From a virus, in IMG/VR virus record IMGVR_UViG_3300020463_002440, positions 32,001 through 96,000 of that record: a DNA stretch of 64,000 nucleotides. One strand, 5' to 3'. Each line of letters opens with the position of its first letter. Positions within the stretch are counted from its first letter, which is position 1. Made by a program: the position numbers and the translations under genes. Positions 1 to 8,672 of this stretch are shown one piece after another. The notes beneath the pieces were generated by a model that saw only the letters and a list, made by a program, of their open reading frames with translations, did not search any database and had not been told where the DNA came from.

Positions 1-291
1 GTAGATGAATGTCAAAGCATGACTTATCACGAACTCGACAGTATAATAACAAGAGTTGGTGATTCGTCGAGAATCATATTCTGTGGTGATACAGCGCAAG
101 ACGACCTTGCGGGAACTAGACACAAACATGATACATCAGGACTTGCAGATTTTTTAAGAGTCCTACAAAGAATGGACCATTCTTTCAAAGTAGTTCAATT
201 TGGAATTGAAGATATTGTAAGAAGCGGTCTGGTAAAAGAATACATTATAGCAAAGGAGAGGACGGAACTCAAGCCGGCTTTAGTGGCTTAA
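1..291 (+). CDS. phoH: PhoH-family ATPase, C-terminal part (runs in from the left edge)
   Basis: Frame open from base 1: VDECQS (Walker B), IITRVG, RIIFCGDTAQDDL, EDIVRSGLVKEYI, all typical PhoH motifs. Confidence 0.92.
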   Translation, partial: VDECQSMTYHELDSIITRVGDSSRIIFCGDTAQDDLAGTRHKHDTSGLADFLRVLQRMDHSFKVVQFGIEDIVRSGLVKEYIIAKERTELKPALVA

Positions 292-298
292 TAAACTT

Positions 299-328
299 GG
301 AAGGGGATCTTTGGATCCCCAACCTTCC
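299..328 (+). terminator. Hairpin after phoH (terminator or processing site)
   Basis: GGGGATC-tttg-GATCCCC at 303-320, extendable by ggaa(gg)/(cc)ttcc; U-tract weak. Confidence 0.5.
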
Positions 329-342
329 ATTAGGAATATATT

Positions 343-1035
343 ATGAAATTATTTGAACATAACGCGGACGCACCTGTCCTTGAAAAATTAACAAGATCTT
401 CAGTAAATGGTAAAAGAATTTACCAAACTCCATCCGGTGACGGATATCCATCTGTTACGACTGTCCTATCAATATTAGGAAAAGAAGATATACAAAGGTG
501 GAGAGATCGTGTAGGCCATGAAGAAGCCAATCGTATATCAACACAAGCTGCTCGAAGAGGTACTGCAGTTCATAAGTTATGTGAAGATTATTTAGATAAT
601 GATCCTGACTTTTCTAAAAAGCATATGCCATCAAATATACATATGTTTAATACAATGAAACCTATCTTAGATAAAAATATAAATAATATTTGGTACCAAG
701 AGTGTTTTCTCTATTCTAACGAATTACAAACTGCAGGACAAGTAGATTGCATCGGAGAATGGAAAGGTGAACTTGCTGTTATTGATTTCAAGACATCAAG
801 GAAACTAAAGAAAGAAGAATGGATTCTAAATTATTATATGCAGGTTTCATTCTATGCAAAAGCATTCGAGGAAATGACTGGTAATAAGGTTAATAAAGGA
901 GTGGTCTTTATAGGTGTAGATGGAAACGATCCTCAAGTATTTGAGTTTAACACAAAAGAATATCTTGACCACTTTAAAGCAGTAAGAAGTACATATAAGG
1001 AATTATATGAAAAAGATAAGATACATAATCTCTGA
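343..1035 (+). CDS. PD-(D/E)XK (Cas4-like) exonuclease of T4-like phages
   Basis: YPSVTTVL, RGTAVH, AGQVDC, VIDFKTS, YYMQVSFY motifs; usual neighbour of phoH. Confidence 0.85.
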   Translation: MKLFEHNADAPVLEKLTRSSVNGKRIYQTPSGDGYPSVTTVLSILGKEDIQRWRDRVGHEEANRISTQAARRGTAVHKLCEDYLDNDPDFSKKHMPSNIHMFNTMKPILDKNINNIWYQECFLYSNELQTAGQVDCIGEWKGELAVIDFKTSRKLKKEEWILNYYMQVSFYAKAFEEMTGNKVNKGVVFIGVDGNDPQVFEFNTKEYLDHFKAVRSTYKELYEKDKIHNL

Positions 1036-1354
1036 TGATAACATGGGAGTGTTCCTAGGAACATACAACGGATATGATCTTGGGATGGAAGAAGATGGTA
1101 GAATATACGCTTGCTTTGCTGCTAACAATCCATTTGGGCTAACTACTGCTTGTTCTTTTAAAACTGAACGAGCTGCAAGACAATATATGATAGATATGTT
1201 CCCACAAAAGAAAATGAAAAATCTTATCACTAAAGTAGTTGAGACCGAGAGCGAATTTCCTACTGTAGTAGATATTATTAAATCAGGTCACGGAGAAGAT
1301 TGCTTTGATATGATAGATGGATTGGTAGCTGAAGGAAGCCAAGTAATTCACTAA
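1007..1354 (+). CDS. Hypothetical protein
   Basis: 115-aa ORF with AAGGA SD, overlapping the previous gene. Confidence 0.7.
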   Translation: MKKIRYIISDDNMGVFLGTYNGYDLGMEEDGRIYACFAANNPFGLTTACSFKTERAARQYMIDMFPQKKMKNLITKVVETESEFPTVVDIIKSGHGEDCFDMIDGLVAEGSQVIH

Positions 1355-1363
1355 ATTTAACTA

Positions 1364-1392
1364 TTGACATTCATAAAGAAATGTAGTATAAT
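1364..1392 (+). promoter_or_regulatory. Early sigma70-type promoter
   Basis: TTGACA(1364)-17 nt-TATAAT(1387). Confidence 0.9.
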
Positions 1393-1398
1393 AATCAG

Positions 1399-1929
1399 AT
1401 GTTAAATGAAAAAAAATTAGTACAAGAAGCGCTGATGTTGGCAATCAAAGCCCATGAGGGTCAAAGACGGAAGTACACCGGCGAACCTTATTCCATACAT
1501 CCTATAGGTGTATCGAAAATAGTGGAATCTGTTGAGCATACTCCGGAGATGGTTGCAGCTGCATTATTACATGATGTAGTTGAAGATACTCCAGTTACCT
1601 TTCGAGAACTCAAAGATAAGTTTGGATCTACGGTAGCAGAATATGTTCACTACTGCACAAACGTTTCCGAAAAGGAAGATGGAAACCGTGCGTTTCGTAA
1701 AAAGATGGACGCAGACCATTTTGCATTAGGACCTCCAGAGTCTCAAACAATTAAGATCGCTGACCTAATACATAATAGTCAAACAATCATACCTTACGAT
1801 CAAAAGTTCTTCCATAAAGCATACAAGTACGAAAAGAAGTACATGATGGATGTTTTAACGAAGGCAGATCAATCCCTTAAAGATCAGGCGCAATCGATGC
1901 TTGACGAATCTTGGAATCCGGCCAAATAG
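1399..1929 (+). CDS. HD-domain hydrolase, SpoT/Mesh1-like small alarmone ((p)ppGpp) hydrolase
   Basis: AHEGQRRK..GEPY..HP, AALLHDVVEDT, IKIADLIHN motifs; stand-alone 176 aa. Confidence 0.8.
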   Translation: MLNEKKLVQEALMLAIKAHEGQRRKYTGEPYSIHPIGVSKIVESVEHTPEMVAAALLHDVVEDTPVTFRELKDKFGSTVAEYVHYCTNVSEKEDGNRAFRKKMDADHFALGPPESQTIKIADLIHNSQTIIPYDQKFFHKAYKYEKKYMMDVLTKADQSLKDQAQSMLDESWNPAK

Positions 1930-1943
1930 GTCGGATTTCTTTC
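1914..1943 (+). terminator. Intrinsic terminator-like hairpin
   Basis: aatccggcc-aaata-ggtcggatt followed by a T-rich tract. Confidence 0.55.
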
Positions 1944-2012
1944 TATATTCCAAAAAGTTCTAACAATATAACTATAAATTATAAAAAAGTTCATATTTCT
2001 TTATGAAAACTA

Positions 2013-2041
2013 TTGACATCATAACGAAACTATAGTATAAT
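2013..2041 (+). promoter_or_regulatory. Early sigma70-type promoter
   Basis: TTGACA(2013)-17-TATAAT(2036). Confidence 0.9.
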
Positions 2042-2072
2042 GGTTGTATAAATTATGGAAAAGGTGGAAAAC

Positions 2073-2387
2073 ATGACAAAATTTGACAAACAACTATTTA
2101 CTTGGGATGGTATGTATCTCATGTATAGAGGAGATTTTGAAGGCTCCAAAACAATGGATGAAGTTCATCCTAACTGCCATCCTTCTTGGGTTGGTAAAGT
2201 AAAACCTTCTTTTATTGCTAGGTTCAAGTATGGTGCAAAGCCGTATAAATCTTACATCAATTGTATTACTGAAAATTATACAGTTGAAGAATACCTAAAA
2301 GTTTCAACCGAAAAAAGTCCTCTTGAAGCTGTTCAAGCTGTTGGATATTCAGGAAGAGGAAGATATTATTCAAGGAGTGCTGCATAA
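2073..2387 (+). CDS. Hypothetical early protein (conserved phage type, FTWDGMYLMY...ARFKY)
   Basis: ORF 2055-2387; start moved to MTKF because of the AAGGTGG SD; ends in SAA. Confidence 0.7.
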   Translation: MTKFDKQLFTWDGMYLMYRGDFEGSKTMDEVHPNCHPSWVGKVKPSFIARFKYGAKPYKSYINCITENYTVEEYLKVSTEKSPLEAVQAVGYSGRGRYYSRSAA

Positions 2388-2737
2388 TGAAAAATACATA
2401 TTGGGAAGAAAAAGGAACTTATCAAGAAATTTGCGATAAGCTTCAAGAAATGGTTCCAGTAAGTGGAGCTTGTTATAATATACCTGATGATGAAACGTCA
2501 GGCGTTAATAAACCACTTGATATGTTTCGTGAATCTGTTAATGCATATTACGATATTTTTAATAACGGTGGATGTAACTCCGCGACTCGTAGAGTTTCTT
2601 ACTACTTTCCTGGTGTTATGTCAGTCATTAATCGTAACTATAGAAACATTGATTGGGAACTCGTTGAAAGTATTGTGGAACCTATAATGGATAAGAGAGT
2701 TTTGCTCACAGCAAAAAAGATGAATTTATTTTCATAA
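2387..2737 (+). CDS. Hypothetical early protein
   Basis: 116 aa, TAATG-coupled to the previous gene, YYDIFNNGGCN motif. Confidence 0.7.
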   Translation: MKNTYWEEKGTYQEICDKLQEMVPVSGACYNIPDDETSGVNKPLDMFRESVNAYYDIFNNGGCNSATRRVSYYFPGVMSVINRNYRNIDWELVESIVEPIMDKRVLLTAKKMNLFS

Positions 2738-2742
2738 AACTA

Positions 2743-2771
2743 TTGACATTCATTATGAAACCATATATAAT
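2743..2771 (+). promoter_or_regulatory. Early sigma70-type promoter
   Basis: TTGACA(2743)-17-TATAAT(2766). Confidence 0.9.
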
Positions 2772-2799
2772 GGTACTATAAATTGGAAAAAGGAATAAA

Positions 2800-3183
2800 A
2801 TGGAAAATTACATTGTAAAACAAATTAAGATCCCAGAGGCAGAAGAGGAATATCCAAATCTGTATGGGTGGAACGGAGCTGAGGAGAAATCACCAGCTTG
2901 GAAAGCAAAGCTTGAGTCTATGCATTTTAGACAAGAGGATAAGTTTGATATAAACAACTTACCTTATTATCAAGATTGCTACGAGGTTCAAGCGCAATGC
3001 TTGGATAGTGTATTTAGAATCACAAACCTATGGGATGAACCTGATGCAGTGTTCACCATTCAAGTTGGTCATAGTACTTCAGTCGGTGATATCATCGTTG
3101 AGAAAAGTACAGGAGATCATTACATGGTTTGTAATTTTGGATTTAAATTGTTAGGCGTTACTGAGGTACAGAAAGTTGCTTAA
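2800..3183 (+). CDS. YodL-like hypothetical protein
   Basis: GHSTSVGDII...YMVCNFGFK resembles the YodL HSLSVSD motif; AAGGA SD. Confidence 0.55.
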   Translation: MENYIVKQIKIPEAEEEYPNLYGWNGAEEKSPAWKAKLESMHFRQEDKFDINNLPYYQDCYEVQAQCLDSVFRITNLWDEPDAVFTIQVGHSTSVGDIIVEKSTGDHYMVCNFGFKLLGVTEVQKVA

Positions 3184-3334
3184 GGAAATGTTTACCTTTT
3201 TGGATGATCTCCGTGCAAGCGGCAAGATCAATATGTTTGGAGCGCCGACGGCTTTACAAGAAGCTTTCGGTATAACAAAAGAAGAGTCATTCGAAGTCTT
3301 TAAGGCTTGGACTGACACATTTAATAATAAGTGA
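3176..3334 (+). CDS. Small conserved phage protein (not in the ORF track)
   Basis: TTG start behind GAGGT (alternative ATG at 3188): (MLKE)MFTFLDDLRASGKINMFGAPTALQEAFGITKEESFEVFKAWTDTFNNK; the LR.SG..NMFGA motif is common in phage small proteins. Confidence 0.7.
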   Translation: MLKEMFTFLDDLRASGKINMFGAPTALQEAFGITKEESFEVFKAWTDTFNNK

Positions 3335-3346
3335 GGAAAATATATT

Positions 3347-4312
3347 ATGGCACATGAATTAGAAATTGTGAATGGTGTAGCAAACATGGCTTATCGTCAA
3401 TCGTCAGGAGTACCCTGGCATGGACTTGGAACTCCAGTTGAAGATGGCATGTCACCTATCGAAATGATGAAGGCTGCAAATCTTGATTGGACAGTGTCCA
3501 AGAAAAAATCATTCGTTGAAATCAACGGAGAAAATGTAGAAACAGGTCAGGAAGCTTTAGTTCGCGACAGCGACGGTAAGATTCTGACAAATGTTTCTGG
3601 TAATTGGAAACCTTGTCAAAACCAAGAAGCTTTTGAATTCTTTAATGAGTTCGTAAATGCTGAAGGTGCTAACTCTATGGAGATGGACACAGCAGGTAGT
3701 TTAAAAGACGGTCAAATCGTTTTTGCAGCTGCTAATGTAAATGACGGGTTTACACTCGCAGGTGGAGACGAAGTAAAAGGATATCTTTTATTCTCAAATC
3801 CGCATGTATACGGAAAGTCAATCGATGTTAAATTCGTAATGACAAGAGTTGTTTGTAACAATACTCTTTCTATGGCTTTAACTGAAAGAGGTCAACCTGC
3901 CGTAAGGTTATCTCATAGAAATCATTTCAATCCTGAAATGGTTAAAGAGTTACTTGGTATCTCACACAATCGTGTTGAGCAATTCCAACAAGCTGCTGAG
4001 TTCCTTTCTTCAAAAAGGTATTCTGATTCTGCTTACAAGACATTCCTTGCTCAAGTATTTGGTACTTCTAATCAAGAAGGTAAAGTTCTATCAAGAACTG
4101 CTGAACGTGCATTGGAAGTTGTTGATACTCAACCAGGAGCAAATATGTCACCAGGAACATGGTGGAATGCTTATAACTCAGTAACCTATATGACTGACCA
4201 CGAAATGGGTAGGTCTGCGGATACAAGAGCTGCTGCTGCTTGGTTCGGACATAACGCAAAGAGAAAGCTTGATGCTCTCAATCTTGCGGTTGAAATGGCG
4301 GAGGCTGCATAA
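3347..4312 (+). CDS. DUF932/DUF945 (TIGR03299-like) phage/plasmid protein
   Basis: MAHELE..., PWHGLG, AANLDW.V, TAGSL..G, RVVCNNTL, GT.W.AYN.VT motifs. Confidence 0.85.
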   Translation: MAHELEIVNGVANMAYRQSSGVPWHGLGTPVEDGMSPIEMMKAANLDWTVSKKKSFVEINGENVETGQEALVRDSDGKILTNVSGNWKPCQNQEAFEFFNEFVNAEGANSMEMDTAGSLKDGQIVFAAANVNDGFTLAGGDEVKGYLLFSNPHVYGKSIDVKFVMTRVVCNNTLSMALTERGQPAVRLSHRNHFNPEMVKELLGISHNRVEQFQQAAEFLSSKRYSDSAYKTFLAQVFGTSNQEGKVLSRTAERALEVVDTQPGANMSPGTWWNAYNSVTYMTDHEMGRSADTRAAAAWFGHNAKRKLDALNLAVEMAEAA

Positions 4313-4327
4313 GCAGCTTCCATTTTC
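4300..4327 (+). terminator. Intrinsic terminator overlapping the DUF932 stop codon
   Basis: ggaggctgc-ataa-gcagcttcc followed by atttt. Confidence 0.6.
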
Positions 4328-4351
4328 ATGGAATTTAATTTATCACAGCTA

Positions 4352-4380
4352 TTGACATTCATAAAGAACTATTGTATAAT
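4352..4380 (+). promoter_or_regulatory. Early sigma70-type promoter
   Basis: TTGACA(4352)-17-TATAAT(4375). Confidence 0.9.
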
Positions 4381-4411
4381 AGCTGTATAAATTAAATTAA
4401 TTGGAGAAGAT

Positions 4412-4765
4412 ATGAAATTTGATAATAATGGAAAAGTGAGAACAGATGCCTATGTAGGAACATTTGCTACTGATGATGCAGCAGGAATGCTGGAAGTTGA
4501 GTCAATTAAAACCTTTGTTAAAAATATGAACAAAGAACTTAAATACCTTGACGCAAGAGATAAGAGAAACATGCCGATTAGGTTTAGAACTACTCTTAAA
4601 GCAAGAAAGCCAATTAATAAAATAAGACATTTTAGAACTGGACAACTCAGAGGTTATTCATACCACGGAGATGTTCTTGGTGGAATGGCAAATGCTGGAG
4701 CTGTTGATGTTTACATTCACAGAAATCTAACTGATGCCATGTGGAAACAAAGAGTGATGGCATGA
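4412..4765 (+). CDS. Hypothetical basic early protein
   Basis: 117-aa ORF with GGAG SD directly after a promoter. Confidence 0.7.
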   Translation: MKFDNNGKVRTDAYVGTFATDDAAGMLEVESIKTFVKNMNKELKYLDARDKRNMPIRFRTTLKARKPINKIRHFRTGQLRGYSYHGDVLGGMANAGAVDVYIHRNLTDAMWKQRVMA

Positions 4766-4881
4766 AGATAAAGATTGAAGTAGAACTTGATACTGATAGA
4801 GATGCTCATGAAATAGAACAACTTATTGATATCGTAGAAAAAATCAAAGAAAAAGCAAAAGAGGTAATAGAAGATGAGTAA
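4762..4881 (+). CDS. Small hypothetical protein (39 aa, not in the ORF track)
   Basis: ATGA overlap with the upstream gene; MKIKIEVELDTDRDAHEIEQLIDIVEKIKEKAKEVIEDE fills the gap. Confidence 0.65.
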   Translation: MKIKIEVELDTDRDAHEIEQLIDIVEKIKEKAKEVIEDE

Positions 4882-5887
4882 GATTCTTATTACGGGTGGT
4901 ACTGGGTTTGTGGGAACAAACCTTTTGCCTATGTTAATTGAAAACGGTCATGAGGTTGTCTTGGTTGATAATCTTGCACAATCCGTTTATGTACCAGAGT
5001 TTCATCGAGCAGCAAACTTTTATCTTGCTGATATTCGCGATGCAAACATGATGAATAAAATTTTTGAAGCTGAAAAGCCTGATATGGTATTTCACTTTGG
5101 TGGTTTGGTTTCTATATATGACTGTCATAATGACCCAGTAGATGCAGCAGAGAATAATATCATTGGTTCTATCAATGTATTTAATGCAGCTCTTAATAGT
5201 GGTTGTGATAGAGTTATATTTTCAGAAACTTCAGCAGTATATGAAAATGTTGAATTACCTGAGAGTGGATATCAAGAAGGTTCTTCAGATCCTACAACTT
5301 TCTATGCAGCTTCAAAAGCATCAGTTGCTTTGATAGCAGATAGTTATGCTAGGACAAGAGGATTAAAATATACTGCATTAAGGTATTTTAATATCGCAGG
5401 ACCAATACAAGATTATAAGAGAACTGTACCTCCTCTATTCGCAGGAGTTGCACTTAGACTATTAGGTGGTAATAATCCAATCATATTTGGAGACGGTACA
5501 CGTAGACGAGATTTTATACACGTTGATGATGTAAATCGTTTTCACTTACAATGTCTAACTGACGAAAGAACAATTGGAGAGACCTTTAATCTAGGTATGA
5601 ATCAATCTCATTCTCTATACGAAATATCAGAAATTATTTGGGATTACCTTAAAGATGAAACAAGTCTATCTAACCTAGAATATGACCAACTTCCAGAGAT
5701 CAATGGAGAAGCTCATACAATTTTTGCTAATATTGATAAGGCAAATGAATTAGGCTGGGTCCCAGAAAAGACGATACAAGATGCTATTTATGATACGATA
5801 GATTACCTGAAGAACGAAATAACAGAAGGTAATGTGAATCCAGAAGGCTTTATGGCTGATATTGATACAGATTCCGTAAAAATATAG
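4874..5887 (+). CDS. NAD-dependent epimerase/dehydratase (GalE/WcaG-like)
   Basis: ITGGTGFVG Rossmann motif, YAASK, LRYFNIAGP, GDGTRRRDFIHVDDV. Confidence 0.92.
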   Translation: MSKILITGGTGFVGTNLLPMLIENGHEVVLVDNLAQSVYVPEFHRAANFYLADIRDANMMNKIFEAEKPDMVFHFGGLVSIYDCHNDPVDAAENNIIGSINVFNAALNSGCDRVIFSETSAVYENVELPESGYQEGSSDPTTFYAASKASVALIADSYARTRGLKYTALRYFNIAGPIQDYKRTVPPLFAGVALRLLGGNNPIIFGDGTRRRDFIHVDDVNRFHLQCLTDERTIGETFNLGMNQSHSLYEISEIIWDYLKDETSLSNLEYDQLPEINGEAHTIFANIDKANELGWVPEKTIQDAIYDTIDYLKNEITEGNVNPEGFMADIDTDSVKI

Positions 5888-5926
5888 CAACTATTAAAAA
5901 AAGTTAGTTTATTTTCATAAAAACTA

Positions 5927-5955
5927 TTGACATTCATTATGATATAGAGTATAAT
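5927..5955 (+). promoter_or_regulatory. Early sigma70-type promoter
   Basis: TTGACA(5927)-17-TATAAT(5950). Confidence 0.9.
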
Positions 5956-5987
5956 AGTTGTATAATTTGAAAGGAAAAGGAGAAATT

Positions 5988-6482
5988 ATGAAAATCGTTA
6001 TTCAAACTCAATACCGCGAAAACTATGCGGCTCACAACGAGGACTATGTCCATGGGGTTTCTGAACCTTATTGGAAGTTCAAAGGTGGCGACACGTATGT
6101 CGTAAGTTGTAGTTTGGCCGACGCCCAAGATTCTTTCTTTAGGCAAGCTGCTATGGATGCAGTTACTTTCTCTAATGAGGCTGCTGAGGAATATGTACTT
6201 GATTACAATATTCTTGATGACGCAGACTTTTCTATCAAAGACCACATTCAAGACTGGGAGACTCCTACAAACCTTTGGTTTGATGGTGAGAACTTCTGTG
6301 CTACCAAGATCACTCACAATGATGAGTTCGGTTATATGAGATCTGAAATTAAGGGTAAGACTGAGTCTTGGATTATCACTAAAGAGAACAATAGGTCTAA
6401 ATACGAATGTTCCTTTATTGTAGAAAGTGGTGATGAACTGTCTAGTTCTGAGCTTAAAGCATATTTAGCAGAGGCAGCGTAA
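5988..6482 (+). CDS. Hypothetical early protein (conserved phage type, TQYRENY...YWKFKGG)
   Basis: Start at MKIVIQ behind an AGGAG SD; ends in EAA. Confidence 0.75.
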   Translation: MKIVIQTQYRENYAAHNEDYVHGVSEPYWKFKGGDTYVVSCSLADAQDSFFRQAAMDAVTFSNEAAEEYVLDYNILDDADFSIKDHIQDWETPTNLWFDGENFCATKITHNDEFGYMRSEIKGKTESWIITKENNRSKYECSFIVESGDELSSSELKAYLAEAA

Positions 6483-6483
6483 T

Positions 6484-6714
6484 ATGTATATTGAAAAAGA
6501 AACTAATAAAATTGCCGACACACTTTTAACAGTCGGTTTTGGAATAGTAGTGCTATTGCTTGTTTTTATAGCACTCGTTAACACGACATCAATACCTGAT
6601 GTTCACATATCACATTCAACAGGAGAATGCGTTAAAGTAATAAATTACGATGAAAGGTTTATCTACAACTGTAGTAACTACCCTTCAAAGTACAATCACA
6701 TATGGGTGAAATAA
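6484..6714 (+). CDS. Small membrane protein
   Basis: One hydrophobic segment plus a Cys pair. Confidence 0.65.
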   Translation: MYIEKETNKIADTLLTVGFGIVVLLLVFIALVNTTSIPDVHISHSTGECVKVINYDERFIYNCSNYPSKYNHIWVK

Positions 6715-6908
6715 TGGAAATAATAACAGGAATCTTGGCTTGTATTATAATGGGCTTGTTTACTTACATCGGAGTTCACATTCAAGAAGAAAGAAGACAA
6801 GGTAATCATATACCTTTACTATGGGAAGAAGGCGGTTTCTTTAAAAGAACCAAAAGAAAAATATTTGACAAGTCAGATCTTAAATATAGAGATGGAGACA
6901 ATACATGA
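6702..6908 (+). CDS. Small membrane protein
   Basis: N-terminal TM segment; overlaps both neighbours. Confidence 0.65.
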   Translation: MGEIMEIITGILACIIMGLFTYIGVHIQEERRQGNHIPLLWEEGGFFKRTKRKIFDKSDLKYRDGDNT

Positions 6909-7114
6909 GACCTTTAATTGAATATTGGAATGATAGTATTGATTCTATCTCAAATTTAACAGATTGGAAATATGTTGGAAAAGTAGTTTTAGTTTTCCTA
7001 CCAGTTATTTTCTTTACTGTTTGGTATTATACATTAAAAGGTATTTGGCTTTCAACTGAGTACATCAATAAGCAAGGCGATAAATTTCTAAAATGGTTTA
7101 TACAAGATGATTGA
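6905..7114 (+). CDS. Small membrane protein
   Basis: Central TM segment; ATGA coupling. Confidence 0.65.
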   Translation: MRPLIEYWNDSIDSISNLTDWKYVGKVVLVFLPVIFFTVWYYTLKGIWLSTEYINKQGDKFLKWFIQDD

Positions 7115-7430
7115 AATATTAAAAGAAATTACTGAATGGGATTGCTATAAAGTTAATAATGGCTTTTATCATATTAACGGTGCAGGACAATTAGTTGCAC
7201 ATCAACCTGAAGGTGGTGAATTGAAAGTTTTTAAAACACCTATCAAAAACTTCTCTAAATCAAGACGTAAGTTTTTAAAGGTCGGAGATTATCAAGAAAA
7301 GAATAATCTCGGAGGTATTCCTGTGAAAGGCAGTAATGGGAATACATATTATATTGTGGACGGTAAATGTTCTTGTAAAGGATTTCAGTTCCGCGGAGAT
7401 TGTAAACACATAAGGAGCTTGGCAGCATGA
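7107..7430 (+). CDS. SWIM zinc-finger protein
   Basis: C-terminal VKGS.G.TY...CSCKGFQFRGDCKH; ends in LAA. Confidence 0.75.
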   Translation: MIEILKEITEWDCYKVNNGFYHINGAGQLVAHQPEGGELKVFKTPIKNFSKSRRKFLKVGDYQEKNNLGGIPVKGSNGNTYYIVDGKCSCKGFQFRGDCKHIRSLAA

Positions 7431-7750
7431 AAAGATTATTACAAAAAGGAACGATATTTATAGTAGACAGTTGGAGACTAGTAATGGATGCAAGGTATAA
7501 TCCATTAAGGTTTATACCAGATCCAAGTTTACAAATGTATTTTACATTAGTGCTATTTACTGTGTGGAGTGTATACTTCGGTTTCGTTGCGACATTTTAT
7601 ATGGGATGGTTAGGATATCAAACACTAACAAGTATTGCAGTACATATTGGAGTTATATTTCCAATTGCATTTACAAATGCGGTCTTTTTAGATGCTGAAA
7701 GAAACGGTTCAAAATGGTTACAAAATTGGAGAAAGAAAGATGAATTATGA
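7427..7750 (+). CDS. Hypothetical membrane protein (2 TM)
   Basis: YNPLRFIPDPSLQ followed by two hydrophobic helices. Confidence 0.7.
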   Translation: MKRLLQKGTIFIVDSWRLVMDARYNPLRFIPDPSLQMYFTLVLFTVWSVYFGFVATFYMGWLGYQTLTSIAVHIGVIFPIAFTNAVFLDAERNGSKWLQNWRKKDEL

Positions 7751-8129
7751 TTCTATAGAATTTGCTACAAGGGAAAACTTTATTAGGCAATACTTTAATG
7801 CATTTAGTAATAAAGACATTGATGCTTTAGAAAAAATGTTTGATAAAGATGTTACTCTAACAGATTGGGATATATCTGCTGAAGGTATTCTACCTGTCTG
7901 CAGAGCAAATGAACAAATCTTTAATTCTGTATTAAGGATTACTGCTATTCCTGAAGAGATTATTATTGACGGTAATAATGTTTGTGCATTGTTAACTATT
8001 GAAGTAATCACTGAAGGAACAGATCCAATAAACGATTTCGCAGAAAACCACGAAACACTTAAGGTCGTAGATTTAATAACGCTGACTAATGACTTTAAGA
8101 TTAAATCAATATCAGCGTTTAAACAATAA
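7740..8129 (+). CDS. SnoaL/NTF2-like protein
   Basis: IRQYFNAFSNKDIDAL..MF..DV.L.DW...KI..I.AF; start placed at MNYD. Confidence 0.75.
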   Translation: MNYDSIEFATRENFIRQYFNAFSNKDIDALEKMFDKDVTLTDWDISAEGILPVCRANEQIFNSVLRITAIPEEIIIDGNNVCALLTIEVITEGTDPINDFAENHETLKVVDLITLTNDFKIKSISAFKQ

Positions 8130-8131
8130 GT

Positions 8132-8308
8132 ATGGACGAAAGAATCTTAAAAGAGATACGACTCGCAAGAAATTTAGCAAGAGAAATACAATGGGTTATA
8201 GATTCTGGTGGTGTAATGCCAGTTCAGATTCGTAACCAATTTGATCCTCTTAAAAAGTTTTATGATGAGTGTATAGCAGAAGAAGAAAGTATTTTTTACA
8301 GTATGTAA
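8132..8308 (+). CDS. Small hypothetical protein (58 aa, not in the ORF track)
   Basis: MDERILKEIRLARNLAREIQWVIDSGGVMP...FYSM, starting 2 nt after the upstream stop. Confidence 0.6.
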   Translation: MDERILKEIRLARNLAREIQWVIDSGGVMPVQIRNQFDPLKKFYDECIAEEESIFYSM

Positions 8309-8400
8309 AATATATCATATTTTTATAAGTAGTTATTCATTCCGGTTATATATACTTGTATAGGCCAAGTGAAATTCTTGGTTTAGTAACGTGGATAAAT

Positions 8401-8496
8401 ATGAGCTTTGAAAAAATTAAAGATGGTGCAGAACTTGCAGTTCTTGTCATGATCTTCTGTCTATCAATCAGTGGTGTAAGTCCAAGTTTATTATAA
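8401..8496 (+). CDS. 31-aa hydrophobic peptide
   Basis: MSFEKIKDGAELAVLVMIFCLSISGVSPSLL; GTGGA SD-like sequence upstream. Confidence 0.5.
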   Translation: MSFEKIKDGAELAVLVMIFCLSISGVSPSLL

Positions 8497-8516
8497 TAAA
8501 AAATCAGAGGTGGACC

Positions 8517-8624
8517 ATGAGGCAATTCGTAAGACGGGTTGTACTCAGCGAAATCTGTATCGAGTGTATGTTAATTCTTATGTTTATGGGAACAACAATT
8601 TACAGCATAAGTACGATTGTATAA
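8517..8624 (+). CDS. 35-aa hydrophobic peptide
   Basis: MRQFVRRVVLSEICIECMLILMFMGTTIYSISTIV; strong GAGGTGG SD. Confidence 0.55.
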   Translation: MRQFVRRVVLSEICIECMLILMFMGTTIYSISTIV

Positions 8625-8646
8625 CCTGAGTGCAATCTAACCGGTT

Positions 8647-8672
8647 AAGGGAGTTGAAAGGCTCCCTTTTTT
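8647..8672 (+). terminator. Intrinsic terminator at the convergence point (possibly bidirectional)
   Basis: aagggagtt-gaaa-ggctccctt followed by a T-run. Confidence 0.75.
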
